Source of the DNA: Pirellulaceae bacterium
GTDB lineage: Bacteria; Planctomycetota; Planctomycetia; Pirellulales; Pirellulaceae
Assembly: GCA_041748895.1 (NCBI GenBank)
Contig: JBGTCJ010000551.1
Location: forward strand, 1-52,405
DNA: 52,405 bases
Direction: 5' to 3'
The translations under genes and the position numbers were made by a program. Positions 27,046 through 35,936 of this stretch are shown in pieces; positions within the stretch are counted from its first letter, which is position 1; every line of letters starts with the position of its first letter. Below the pieces are notes generated by a model. It was given only the letters and a program-made list of their open reading frames with translations. It did no database searches and was not told the origin of the DNA.

Positions 27046-27094
27046 GCACGCTGGCGCTCGACTGTCCCGGAGGGAGCGTGATGACACGTTCGCG

Positions 27095-28495
27095 TCACTT
27101 GGTTGCCGAATGATCTTCGGACGATTCGACGCCACTCGGCGGCGCCGCTCGTCGCGACTCGCGAAGCGTTCTCAGGGTTTCGATCCCGCTCACTTCCGCG
27201 CTGTCGCCTTTGCGATGGGCGATACGCTGCGAGAGGTAGATTCCCGATGACCCGCTCATCAGGTAGGCGATCGAGCAAGCCATCGCGTAGTGAACCGTGA
27301 ATTCGCCTCCAAACAACTCAATCCCCATCACCGTGCATGCTATCGGGGTGTTGGTCGCGGCCGCAAAGACGGCGATCAGACCCAGGGCCGCGAAGAGATC
27401 CACGGGTGCCCCGAGCCATACGGCGAGCGTGTTCCCCATCGTTGCACCGACGAAGAACAACGGAGTCACCTCACCACCCTTGAAGCCGCTTCCAATCGTC
27501 ACGGCCGTGAAGAGGATTTTCAGCAACCAACTCCACGGGTCGGCACCGCCGGCCTGGAAACTGCTAAGGATGGTGACGCTATGAGGGTTCGGCGACGTCA
27601 CGCCGAGCCCGAGGTAGTCACGGGTGCCAAAAATACCAACCAGAACGATGACCAGAATCCCGCCAATTGCCGGCCGCAGGAAGGACCACGCGACCCAGCG
27701 TCGAAACAGCGCTTGCAGTCCGTGAACCGCTTCAGCAAAGCAGAAGCTTACCGCTCCAAATGCGATCGCAGCGATCATGACCTTTGCCATCAGCCATCGA
27801 TCCACAGGGTCCACCCCGGTCTGACCGTCGACGGGCAGCAAGCTTTCGACGTGATATTGAAGGTGACCGATTCCCCATGCGGCGCAGGTCTTGTCGGCGA
27901 TCAGCCCGGCGAGCAAGCACGGGAGCAGCGCGGAAACGTTCATTCGCCCGATCGTGACTACTTCCAACGCAAAGATCGCACCTGCAACCGGCGTCCCAAA
28001 CACACCGCCAAATCCGGCGGCCACTCCCGCCATCAAAAAGATTCGGACGTCACCCCGACTTAAGTTTGGCAGCCATCGCGCAAGCGAACTGGCCAGACTG
28101 CCGCCCATCTGAACCGCGGTCCCTTCTCGCCCCGCGGACCCGCCGAAGAGGTGCGTGAGAACGGTCGCGACGAGAATCAGCGGCGCCATTCTCAGCGGTA
28201 CTCCGCCTCCGCCGGGTTCATGAATCTGATCGACGATCAGGTTGTTTCCCGCGTCGACCGACGTCCCGTACGCAGCGTAAATCGCGCCGATGACGATGCC
28301 CGCCGCCGGAAGCAGGTAGAGCAAATCGGGGTATCGAAATCGCGCCGCGGTCGCTTGATCCAGCGACCAGAGAAAGAACGCGCACGCCGAACCGACCACA
28401 ATCCCCAGCGGTGTCGCCAGGAGCGACCAACGCAGGACGAACCGGAAAACAGCGAGCTGCTCCCGTGCAAGCAGCTTCATCGGGTACATCAACAT
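27095..28495 (-). CDS. CLC-F type fluoride/proton antiporter (CLC family)
   Basis: 466-aa polytopic membrane ORF. It carries the CLC-F-specific substitutions GNNLI (in place of GSGIP), GREGTAVQ (gating Glu), GVFGTP and GEVTPLFF. It sits directly downstream of a fluoride riboswitch. The ATG at 28489 has better SD spacing than 28495. Confidence 0.88.
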   Translation of the reverse strand: MLMYPMKLLAREQLAVFRFVLRWSLLATPLGIVVGSACAFFLWSLDQATAARFRYPDLLYLLPAAGIVIGAIYAAYGTSVDAGNNLIVDQIHEPGGGGVPLRMAPLILVATVLTHLFGGSAGREGTAVQMGGSLASSLARWLPNLSRGDVRIFLMAGVAAGFGGVFGTPVAGAIFALEVVTIGRMNVSALLPCLLAGLIADKTCAAWGIGHLQYHVESLLPVDGQTGVDPVDRWLMAKVMIAAIAFGAVSFCFAEAVHGLQALFRRWVAWSFLRPAIGGILVIVLVGIFGTRDYLGLGVTSPNPHSVTILSSFQAGGADPWSWLLKILFTAVTIGSGFKGGEVTPLFFVGATMGNTLAVWLGAPVDLFAALGLIAVFAAATNTPIACTVMGIELFGGEFTVHYAMACSIAYLMSGSSGIYLSQRIAHRKGDSAEVSGIETLRTLRESRRAAPPSGVESSEDHSATK

Positions 28496-28554
28496 CTCTC
28501 CGGAAGCAACGAAAACGTTGGGGAGAGCGTTACGATCGCACTTCTACCCCACTT

Positions 28555-28620
28555 GGGTAGGAGTTATCAGCACGGGCCCACAGCGAGGCTCGGCGGTTAG
28601 AGGCGAACTCCATCGCCATC
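28555..28620 (-). promoter_or_regulatory. Fluoride riboswitch (crcB RNA motif)
   Basis: The minus strand reads GGCGAUGGAGUUCGCCUCUAACCGCC-(variable hairpin)-GCUGAUAACUCCUACCC. The P1 stem is GGCG/CGCC. The pseudoknot is GGAGUU/AACUCC. The conserved AACCGCC and GCUGAU..CCUAC blocks are present. The element lies about 60 nt upstream of the CLC-F start. Confidence 0.85.
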
Positions 28621-28774
28621 GATTGCGATTTGAACTGCCCAGTCGTCGACTGAGCAGCCGGCACGGATTCTGCTTGCAGTGGCGCAGAATGTCAAGTCCG
28701 ACGAGCCCGACGATTTCTGCGACACGAGGCAACGAATCTGTTACACTGCGGCGTGACCGTCAGCTTCACGTGAC

Positions 28775-31132
28775 ATGTCGCAGGATTGGGAAAGAATGAT
28801 CCGTCACGCACTTGTAATGGCAGTTTGGTTTCACTTCTTGGCGCTGGCCGGGGATCGCTTGAGTGACGGTTCCCGAGCTACGGCCGCCGAACCGGGTGTT
28901 GATTACGTCCGCCAAGTGCTGCCGATCCTATCGCGGAACTGCTTCACGTGCCACGGGCCGGACGAGTCGAGTCGCGTGTCGGACCTTCGCTTAGACCGCT
29001 TCGTCGCTGACGCCTTGGGGGATGACGGTGAGCCCGCGAGTGACGATGAGGTGGACGCATTTCACGCTGCGATTGTCGCGGGCGATCCTGACAGCAGTGA
29101 GCTGATAGCGCGGATCACCAGCGACGACGTGTCGGTCCGAATGCCACCGGCGGAGACCGAGCGAGGTCTCACACAGCAGGAGATCGAAACGTTGCGCCGT
29201 TGGATCGAGCAGGGGGCGAAGTACGAGGAGCATTGGGCATTAGTCCCACCTCGATTGGTCGACCCGCCTGAGGTTCGTGACGCTGCCTGGCCGCGCAACG
29301 AGATCGACCGATTTGTGCTTGCCGAGCTGGAACGCCGCGATATCGCACCGTCGCCAGAAGCAGACCGAGTGACATTGATTCGACGCCTCTCGTTCGACCT
29401 TCGGGGGTTGCCACCGACGATTGAAGAGGTCGACCAATACCTCGCCGATCGCCGCCCCGGTGCCTACGATCGGCTCGTTGATCGGATGCTCGCTTCGCCG
29501 CAATTGGGTGAGCGCCTGGGCAAACACTGGCTCGACTTGGCCCGATACGCGGACAGCGACGGCTATCTTGGCGACCCTTTACGGCCGGACGCCTATGTCT
29601 ATCGCGACTGGGTGATCGGTTCAATCAATCGCGACCAACCGATAGACGAGTTCACCGTCGAGCAGCTGGCGGGCGACCTGTTACCGGACGCGACGTTGGA
29701 GCAAAAGATTGCCACCGGGTTTCACCGCAACGTGATGAAAAATACTGAGGCCGGCGCCGATCGTGAAGAGGATCGCGTCAACCGAACGGTGAACTATGTC
29801 AGCACGACCGGAACGGTTTGGTTGGGATTGACCGTGGGATGTGCCGAGTGTCATTCGCACAAATACGATCCCATCAGTATCGACGAGTTCTACGGGCTCT
29901 ACGCGTTCTTCAACAATGTCGAAGACGTCAATCTGCCGTTGCCCGATTCCCAAACGTTGGTTTCGACGACGGCAAAGGTTGCCACGCCGTCTGGAGACCC
30001 TGGGAAGCCGTCTGCGGAACCGGGGAAAGGGGATCCCAAGACGGAACCGCCGAGTCTGAAGGCCCCAACGATCGGCGAGCTCGCGGCGTCCAAGCGTCGC
30101 GTCACACGAGTTCATCCGCGGGGTGATTTTCGCAACCCCGGCAAAGAGGTGACTCCGGCCACGCCAGCGGTTTTTCACTCACTGCGCACGCGCGGGGATC
30201 AGCCGGACCGGCTCGATTTGGCCAATTGGCTGATAGACCCGGAGAATCCATTGACCCACCGCGTCACGGTTAACCACCTCTGGAAACAGTTGTTCGGTCG
30301 TGGTTTGGTCAACACACCAGAGAATTTCGGTACCACGGGAGATCCTCCCTCACATCCGGAACTTCTGGATTGGTTAGCGCTGCGGATGGTCGACCAGCAG
30401 TGGAGCCGCAAGGCGATGGTTCGGTTGATCGTTCAATCGGCGACGTACCGGCAGGCGTCACGGGTGCGGCCGGAACTTCGTCAGATCGATGCCCACAACG
30501 TGTTGCTGGCTCGACAGTCGCGACCGCGACTCGAAGCTGAAGTGGTTCGTGACGCGGCGTTGGCCGTATCCGGGTTGCTCAATACGGCCATTGGTGGACC
30601 GAGCATTCGGCCTCCGATGGATCTCAGGGTGACGAGTTACAGCCGCAATAAGGATTGGCCGGTTAGTCCCGGGGCCGAAAAGTATCGACGAGGACTCTAC
30701 GTCCTTCTGCGTCGCAACACGTTGTATTCCATGTTGGTGACGTTCGACGCGCCGGACACTTCGGTCTCCTGTACCGCGCGAGAGCGCAGCAATTCTCCTC
30801 TGCAGGCGTTAACCCTTCTCAATGATCCCGTTTTTCACGAGTGCGCCCAGCACCTCGCCCGGCGTTTGTCCGCAGCGGGCACGGAGCGCCCCCGGTACTG
30901 GATCGCTGACGGATTTCGGCATTGTTTGGCCCGTGAACCGGATGATCACGAGCTCGACCGACTGGTCGAACTTTACCTCACGCAGCGTGACCAGTTTGCG
31001 GACCTCGACGATGTCGAAGTGGATGCCTTGATCGGCCAACGCCTAGAGGGCATCGATCCGCGGGATCAGGCAGCTCGCCTGATTGTGGCCCGAACACTGA
31101 TTAACTTGCACGAATTCATTACTCGCGAGTGA
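28775..31132 (+). CDS. PSCyt/DUF1549/DUF1553 (PSD1) family protein with an N-terminal c-type haem motif
   Basis: 785 aa with a hydrophobic N-terminus and a CxxCH motif (NCFTCHGPD, 28940-28954). A DUF1549-like block reads RRLSFDLRGLPPTIEEVDQYL. A DUF1553/PSD1-like C-terminus reads CTARERSNSPLQALTLLNDP. The ATG at 28796 is an alternative start. Confidence 0.85.
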   Translation: MSQDWERMIRHALVMAVWFHFLALAGDRLSDGSRATAAEPGVDYVRQVLPILSRNCFTCHGPDESSRVSDLRLDRFVADALGDDGEPASDDEVDAFHAAIVAGDPDSSELIARITSDDVSVRMPPAETERGLTQQEIETLRRWIEQGAKYEEHWALVPPRLVDPPEVRDAAWPRNEIDRFVLAELERRDIAPSPEADRVTLIRRLSFDLRGLPPTIEEVDQYLADRRPGAYDRLVDRMLASPQLGERLGKHWLDLARYADSDGYLGDPLRPDAYVYRDWVIGSINRDQPIDEFTVEQLAGDLLPDATLEQKIATGFHRNVMKNTEAGADREEDRVNRTVNYVSTTGTVWLGLTVGCAECHSHKYDPISIDEFYGLYAFFNNVEDVNLPLPDSQTLVSTTAKVATPSGDPGKPSAEPGKGDPKTEPPSLKAPTIGELAASKRRVTRVHPRGDFRNPGKEVTPATPAVFHSLRTRGDQPDRLDLANWLIDPENPLTHRVTVNHLWKQLFGRGLVNTPENFGTTGDPPSHPELLDWLALRMVDQQWSRKAMVRLIVQSATYRQASRVRPELRQIDAHNVLLARQSRPRLEAEVVRDAALAVSGLLNTAIGGPSIRPPMDLRVTSYSRNKDWPVSPGAEKYRRGLYVLLRRNTLYSMLVTFDAPDTSVSCTARERSNSPLQALTLLNDPVFHECAQHLARRLSAAGTERPRYWIADGFRHCLAREPDDHELDRLVELYLTQRDQFADLDDVEVDALIGQRLEGIDPRDQAARLIVARTLINLHEFITRE

Positions 31133-31138
31133 CGCCTG

Positions 31139-32659
31139 ATGTTTGCTTCGGAATTCGAACGACAACAAGCCCGTCGCCAGTTCATCATGCATGGGTTGCA
31201 CGGTGCGGGTACCGTGGCGCTGGCCGGACTGTTGGGCCGCGATGGGGCTTCGGCGGTTGAGTCATCGTCAACCCAGCAGCAGCTTGCGGAGCAAGGCGCT
31301 GCGCCCGCGATCGTGAACCCGCTGGCACCTCGTGTGTCGCACTTCGCACCTCGCGCCAAAAACCTGATCTACATCTATTTGGAAGGCGGTCCGAGCCAGA
31401 TGGATCTGTACGATCCAAAGCCCATCTTGAACAAGCTTGACGGTCAGCCGTTGCCCGAGGAACTCTGGAAGAACGTCCAGTTCGCTTTCTTGCAGAAGGA
31501 GAGTGCAAGGCTAATGGGAACCTCGCGGACGTTTCAGAAGTACGGCCAGTGCGGGATGGACCTTTCCGATTTGCTGCCGCACTTGTCGACCTGCGCCGAT
31601 GACATTGCTTTGGTCCGTTCGATGCGGAGCGACCAATTCAACCACGTTCCAGGCCAATTGTTGATGAACTGCGGATCAGCCCTCGCGGGCCGTCCCAGTA
31701 TCGGTTCGTGGCTCTGCTACGGGCTCGGAAGTGAGTCCGAGAACCTTCCCGCGTTCGTCACGATGGTAACCGTCGGACGCGGCGTGCCGGGTGGCTCGGC
31801 AAGTTGGTCGAGCGGCTTTCTGCCGTCCGTTTATTCGGGGGTGATCTTTGGCAACGGAGAGGACGCGGTTCAGAATCTCGCCAATCCGCGCGGTATCAAT
31901 CGCACACTCCAACGCGCCACCATTTCGGCGGTCAATGACCTCAATCAAAAGCGGCTCGAGGCCGTTGGTGACCCCGAACTGGCCAGCCGAATCAGTGCCT
32001 ACGAGTTGGCATTTCGAATGCAAACGGCGGCGCCGGATTTGGTTGATCTCTCGAGCGAATCGCAAGCGACCCTCGACCTCTATGGAATTGAACGCGAGGA
32101 GCCCAAGATCGCGAGCAACCTGGGTGGTACCGGACTGTTCGGTCCTTTCGCGCGCAATTGCCTGATGGCGCGTCGGATGGTCGAGCGTGGAGTGCGAGTC
32201 GTGAACGTGATTCACGCCTCATGGGATCACCACAGTTCGCTGGAGCCTCAGCTCAAACACAACTGCTTGATGGCTGACCAACCGATCGCGGCGCTATTGA
32301 AAGATCTGAAGCAGCGCGGTTTGCTGGATGAGACGCTCGTGATCTGTGGATCTGAATTCGGCCGCACGCCGCTGGGTGAAAACCGATCGGGCAGCGCAAA
32401 GGTCACTGGGCGAGACCACCACCCATTTTCCTTCAGCCTCTGGATGGCCGGTGGCGGCGTGAAGGGCGGCCAAGTGATCGGTGAGACCGATGAGGTAGGT
32501 TGGGGCGTCGTCCGCGATGAGGTGCATGTCCACGACCTACACGCCACCGTCCTGCACCTGTTCGGAATCGATCACACTCGGTTGACCTATCGATTCCAAG
32601 GACGTGATTTCCGTTTGACCGATGTCCACGGGAATGTCGTCAAGGCGTTGCTGGCCTGA
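31139..32659 (+). CDS. DUF1501 family protein (sulfatase-fold, Tat-type signal)
   Basis: 506 aa with a twin-arginine-like leader (QARRQFIMHGLHGAGTVALAGLLG). Characteristic blocks are SWDHH, GSEFGRTP and GRDHHP. It follows the PSD1 gene by 6 nt, which is the usual pairing. Confidence 0.88.
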   Translation: MFASEFERQQARRQFIMHGLHGAGTVALAGLLGRDGASAVESSSTQQQLAEQGAAPAIVNPLAPRVSHFAPRAKNLIYIYLEGGPSQMDLYDPKPILNKLDGQPLPEELWKNVQFAFLQKESARLMGTSRTFQKYGQCGMDLSDLLPHLSTCADDIALVRSMRSDQFNHVPGQLLMNCGSALAGRPSIGSWLCYGLGSESENLPAFVTMVTVGRGVPGGSASWSSGFLPSVYSGVIFGNGEDAVQNLANPRGINRTLQRATISAVNDLNQKRLEAVGDPELASRISAYELAFRMQTAAPDLVDLSSESQATLDLYGIEREEPKIASNLGGTGLFGPFARNCLMARRMVERGVRVVNVIHASWDHHSSLEPQLKHNCLMADQPIAALLKDLKQRGLLDETLVICGSEFGRTPLGENRSGSAKVTGRDHHPFSFSLWMAGGGVKGGQVIGETDEVGWGVVRDEVHVHDLHATVLHLFGIDHTRLTYRFQGRDFRLTDVHGNVVKALLA

Positions 32660-33692
32660 TGCCTTGGCGGAGACGGTCGACGAATACGGCGGCGATGATG
32701 ATCACGCCCAACAGGATGTTTTCGACTTGATTCTCCAGCCCCAGTGCGGTGCTTCCCTGATTGATCACGCCAATGATCAAGACGCCGCAAAGCGTTCCCA
32801 CAACGGACCCGCGACCGCCGCCAAGAGAACCGCCACCGATCACGACGGCCGCGATGATCTGCAATTCCAACCCCAAACCGGCGGTCGCGTCGCCTTTGCC
32901 TAAGCGCGCCAAATCGACGACACCCGCCAGCCCCACGAAAGCTCCGGCAAGCGTGTAAATCACGAGTTTCATTCGTGTCACGGGAACGCCACAAAGTCGC
33001 GCCGTCTGTTCGTTGGAACCGATCGCGAAGACGTACCTGCCAAATACCGTGCGGTACAGTAGCGCCGAGACGGCGATGGCGAGCGCGACGACCAACCAAA
33101 CGCCCCAGCCGAAATTGGGCAGCATCGGCCAGGCGATCCACAGGGGGTCTGGGAACTGCGTCACCATCGCGTCAATCCACGACGGAATGGACCCGCTCGG
33201 TGGACGGATCGTCCCTCCGTCTTCAGCGATCGTCTTTCCGATACCGAGAAAGACGGTCATCGTGCCGAGTGTGATGATGAACGGCACCAGACGCAAAAAA
33301 CTGATCAACGCACCGTTGATGAACCCGCAAAGCGCGCCGGAAGCGACCGCACATCCGATCGCCGTAACGATTCCAAGGTGACGCTGCAGCGCGTACGCCG
33401 CGACACATCCCGCCAGAGCTGCGGCGGTGCCGACGGAAAGGTCGATCCCACCGGCGATGATGATCATCGTCATCCCCAGCGCCGCGATCGCGATCTTCAC
33501 ACTCTGGACGCCCACGAGCCGCGCCGATCCGATGCTCCAGAAATTCCCGACGCCCCCCTGTGCCCAATCCGCGAAAGCGAAGAACAGGATTACGACAAAC
33601 AAGGCGACCAGGGGGCCCGCGGCGGTGGCCAAGCGACGACCCGCCTGCGCGAATCGGTTGGTGGCAACTGAACTGTCAGCCCGAGCGTTCAT
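32640..33692 (-). CDS. Sugar-type ABC transporter permease (RbsC/AraH-like, BPD_transp_2)
   Basis: 350-aa polytopic ORF with the family block MTMIIIAGGIDLSVGTAAALAG and a conserved C-terminal half. No ATPase or binding-protein gene is adjacent. Confidence 0.8.
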   Translation of the reverse strand: MNARADSSVATNRFAQAGRRLATAAGPLVALFVVILFFAFADWAQGGVGNFWSIGSARLVGVQSVKIAIAALGMTMIIIAGGIDLSVGTAAALAGCVAAYALQRHLGIVTAIGCAVASGALCGFINGALISFLRLVPFIITLGTMTVFLGIGKTIAEDGGTIRPPSGSIPSWIDAMVTQFPDPLWIAWPMLPNFGWGVWLVVALAIAVSALLYRTVFGRYVFAIGSNEQTARLCGVPVTRMKLVIYTLAGAFVGLAGVVDLARLGKGDATAGLGLELQIIAAVVIGGGSLGGGRGSVVGTLCGVLIIGVINQGSTALGLENQVENILLGVIIIAAVFVDRLRQGIRPATP

Positions 33693-33925
33693 CGTCAGGT
33701 TGTCAAATGGGGGGAAAGATTGGATTAGCTATCCCGGTGCTATTTCGTCCGCGCCGAGTCGCGAACCCTCGTGCCACCGCGAAACGACTTCCCCTGCTTT
33801 TCCGTGGATCAAGCACGCAATTCACGCCCGGCGGTCACCGCGGACTGGACCACTTTTAAACCACTCTGCCGCAAAAGGCAACGAAGCCGGCGTGGGATCC
33901 ACGTGCCGCGCGTGCGACGGTGAGT

Positions 33926-35428
33926 CTAGCGTGCCGCCTGGCTTTCGATGATGCGTAGCAGATCTTCCGACGGCTGCGTCAACGTCACGACCCGCGAACC
34001 TGTCGCCGGATTCCCCCGATCACGAATGATCACGATCACCTCGGCATCTTGATGGTTGATCGCGGGCGACAAGCGACCACCCTGCAAACTTGCGAGGCGT
34101 TCGACTCCCGCAGCTGCGGTCGATGAGTGATTCGGTGCGATTGCGGACGTGCTGGCATTCGCGACCGATTCGTTGTTCGGTGAACCGTCGGCAGGCGGCG
34201 AATGGTCCAGATAGAGTCGCTGCAGCTGCAGTCGCTCCAATTGCCACTGGATCGCACCCGGTCCGGCGTAGATCCCGATATCGCCCTCGTAATCCGCTGC
34301 GTTACAGACACCGACAAGTCGGCCGTCTGCGTCAAAAAGACCACCGCCGCTGCGTCCGTCAATCGGCGCTCCGGCAATCTCGAGATTCGAAGCGCGTTTA
34401 TGCTGGTTGTATTTGTTGATCCCCGTGACCCGCGTGTCTCGACGCGAGGGATTGTCGCCGCGATCGCAACCGAAGCTGAACGCGGTATCGCCGACGGATG
34501 GCAATCGCGCCGGGTTGGCGATGCGAACCGGAGCGACCTGAAATCCAGGCCGAATGGCAACCAACGCGATGTCCCGATCATCGGCATCGTAGTCGATCAA
34601 TTGGCCTTCGATCGTTCTCGGTTCTCCGCCGACAAATAAATCGACCTCAATGCGGCCCTGGCCTTTGGTGTCACGAAACAGATGGCCACACGTCAGCACA
34701 AGGGCTTCCTCGCCGTGCGTGTCGATAATGGTACCAGTGCCGACACCATGTCCCTGACCGTCATGAACGCGAAGTCGTACGGTGGCGGCCTCCGCACGCT
34801 GGATCGCGTCGGCAAGCGAGACGCTCGGCATGACTTCGCTGCGTGGCATCGGCTGAGCACCACGTGGCGGCTGGACGGCCGGGGCCACCAACGAGGAGGG
34901 CAGTGGCGCCAGACGCGTGTTGGGCGGCGAGTCGATCGCTGCGTTTCCGACACCATCGTGGGCCGGCGTGCTACCGACCGCGACTTGGCTGGTCGTCGGA
35001 AACCAGGGCCCATTTCGATCCGTGGAAATCGCCTGCCGCAATTGCTCGACCGTTTGGATTCCGACAAGCCGCGTGAGCTCCTTGCCGCCCGAGACCACCA
35101 CGAATGTCGGTGTGTGCTCGACGCCATACCGGCGAGCGATGGTCGGTTCTCGATTGACATCCACGCTGCGAAGGGCGACACCCGAACGCGCGAGTTCGTC
35201 GAGCACCGGTTGCATTGCTCGGCAAGGACCGCAGAACGCGGAGGTGAACTCGATCAGAACCGCGTCTCCATCTGCCTTCGCCGACCCTCCCACGAGGATC
35301 GCGGTCAAGACAAAAAGCGCCGGCCGCACGAAGCCAAATCTTCTGCTAGCCACTGGCGACGCGAGTTCAAAGTCGAGCGCTCTTCCCACGTTCGTCCCTC
35401 CATGGACGCCGGATGAAGTGTTGGTCAA
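33926..35428 (-). CDS. Thioredoxin domain fused to a trypsin-like (S1) serine protease domain, membrane-anchored/exported
   Basis: 500 aa with an N-terminal hydrophobic segment. The thioredoxin motif is FTSAFCGPCRAM. The protease triad candidates are TCGHLF (His), DRDIALVAI (Asp) and DGRSGGGLF (Ser). Confidence 0.8.
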   Translation of the reverse strand: MTNTSSGVHGGTNVGRALDFELASPVASRRFGFVRPALFVLTAILVGGSAKADGDAVLIEFTSAFCGPCRAMQPVLDELARSGVALRSVDVNREPTIARRYGVEHTPTFVVVSGGKELTRLVGIQTVEQLRQAISTDRNGPWFPTTSQVAVGSTPAHDGVGNAAIDSPPNTRLAPLPSSLVAPAVQPPRGAQPMPRSEVMPSVSLADAIQRAEAATVRLRVHDGQGHGVGTGTIIDTHGEEALVLTCGHLFRDTKGQGRIEVDLFVGGEPRTIEGQLIDYDADDRDIALVAIRPGFQVAPVRIANPARLPSVGDTAFSFGCDRGDNPSRRDTRVTGINKYNQHKRASNLEIAGAPIDGRSGGGLFDADGRLVGVCNAADYEGDIGIYAGPGAIQWQLERLQLQRLYLDHSPPADGSPNNESVANASTSAIAPNHSSTAAAGVERLASLQGGRLSPAINHQDAEVIVIIRDRGNPATGSRVVTLTQPSEDLLRIIESQAAR

Positions 35429-35444
35429 TGGTCAACCATCTCGA

Positions 35445-35468
35445 CAAAACGTCCGCATCATGCGGACG
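35445..35468 (-). terminator. Rho-independent terminator after the rhodanese gene
   Basis: The minus strand reads CGTCCGCAT-G-ATGCGGACG, a perfect 9-bp palindromic stem whose loop needs breathing, followed by TTTTG. It lies about 95 nt after the rhodanese stop. Confidence 0.6.
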
Positions 35469-35561
35469 ACTGGATGCACGCGAGAACCGTCGGGCGACCC
35501 GACACGATTGACCGTCGGCATGGTCGGTGATTTGTTTGCCACACGGCAACCCCAATCGTGG

Positions 35562-35903
35562 TCAATATCGTGGGACCTGAGGGTTGATCAGGAGACTCCA
35601 CTGGTCGATCCCGCCGGCCATGCTTTGTGCTTTGGAAAACCCGTGCTCACGTAGCCCCACTGCCGCCCGATGGCTGCGCATGCCGTGATGGCAATGAACC
35701 ACAATCCGCTTGTCGCGATAGGGCTCGAGCTGACTAAGGCGAGTGCCGAGTTCCGCAAGCGGAATGAGTGTCGTGCCGCCGATCGAAGCCACCGAGTACT
35801 CGTCGGGTTCACGAACATCGAGGAACAAAAAATCTTCCCCGCTGAGCACCAAACCATTGACTGAACTCACGTCGATTTCGATCGGAACGCTTTCGTGGTT
35901 CAT
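35562..35903 (-). CDS. Rhodanese-like (sulfurtransferase) single-domain protein
   Basis: 113 aa with the active-site loop VVHCHHGMRSHRAA and the DVREPDEY block. Confidence 0.88.
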   Translation of the reverse strand: MNHESVPIEIDVSSVNGLVLSGEDFLFLDVREPDEYSVASIGGTTLIPLAELGTRLSQLEPYRDKRIVVHCHHGMRSHRAAVGLREHGFSKAQSMAGGIDQWSLLINPQVPRY

Positions 35904-35936
35904 CGGTCAATCTTCTCCGCGGGACGATGAGATGCT

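Noticed and set aside
27046-27094. A possible terminator between the convergent protease and CLC-F genes (CACGCT...AGCGTG with inner CCC-GGA-GGG).
   Set aside because: The stems are short and interrupted, and no U-tract is present on either strand. This is too weak to annotate.
32640-32659. Two convergent gene pairs overlap at their 3' ends by exactly 20 nt: 32640-32659 (DUF1501/permease) and 38283-38302 (FAH/membrane protein).
   Set aside because: The overlapping sequences are unrelated, so the identical length looks coincidental. It may still imply antisense transcriptional interference, but nothing in the sequence supports a specific mechanism.
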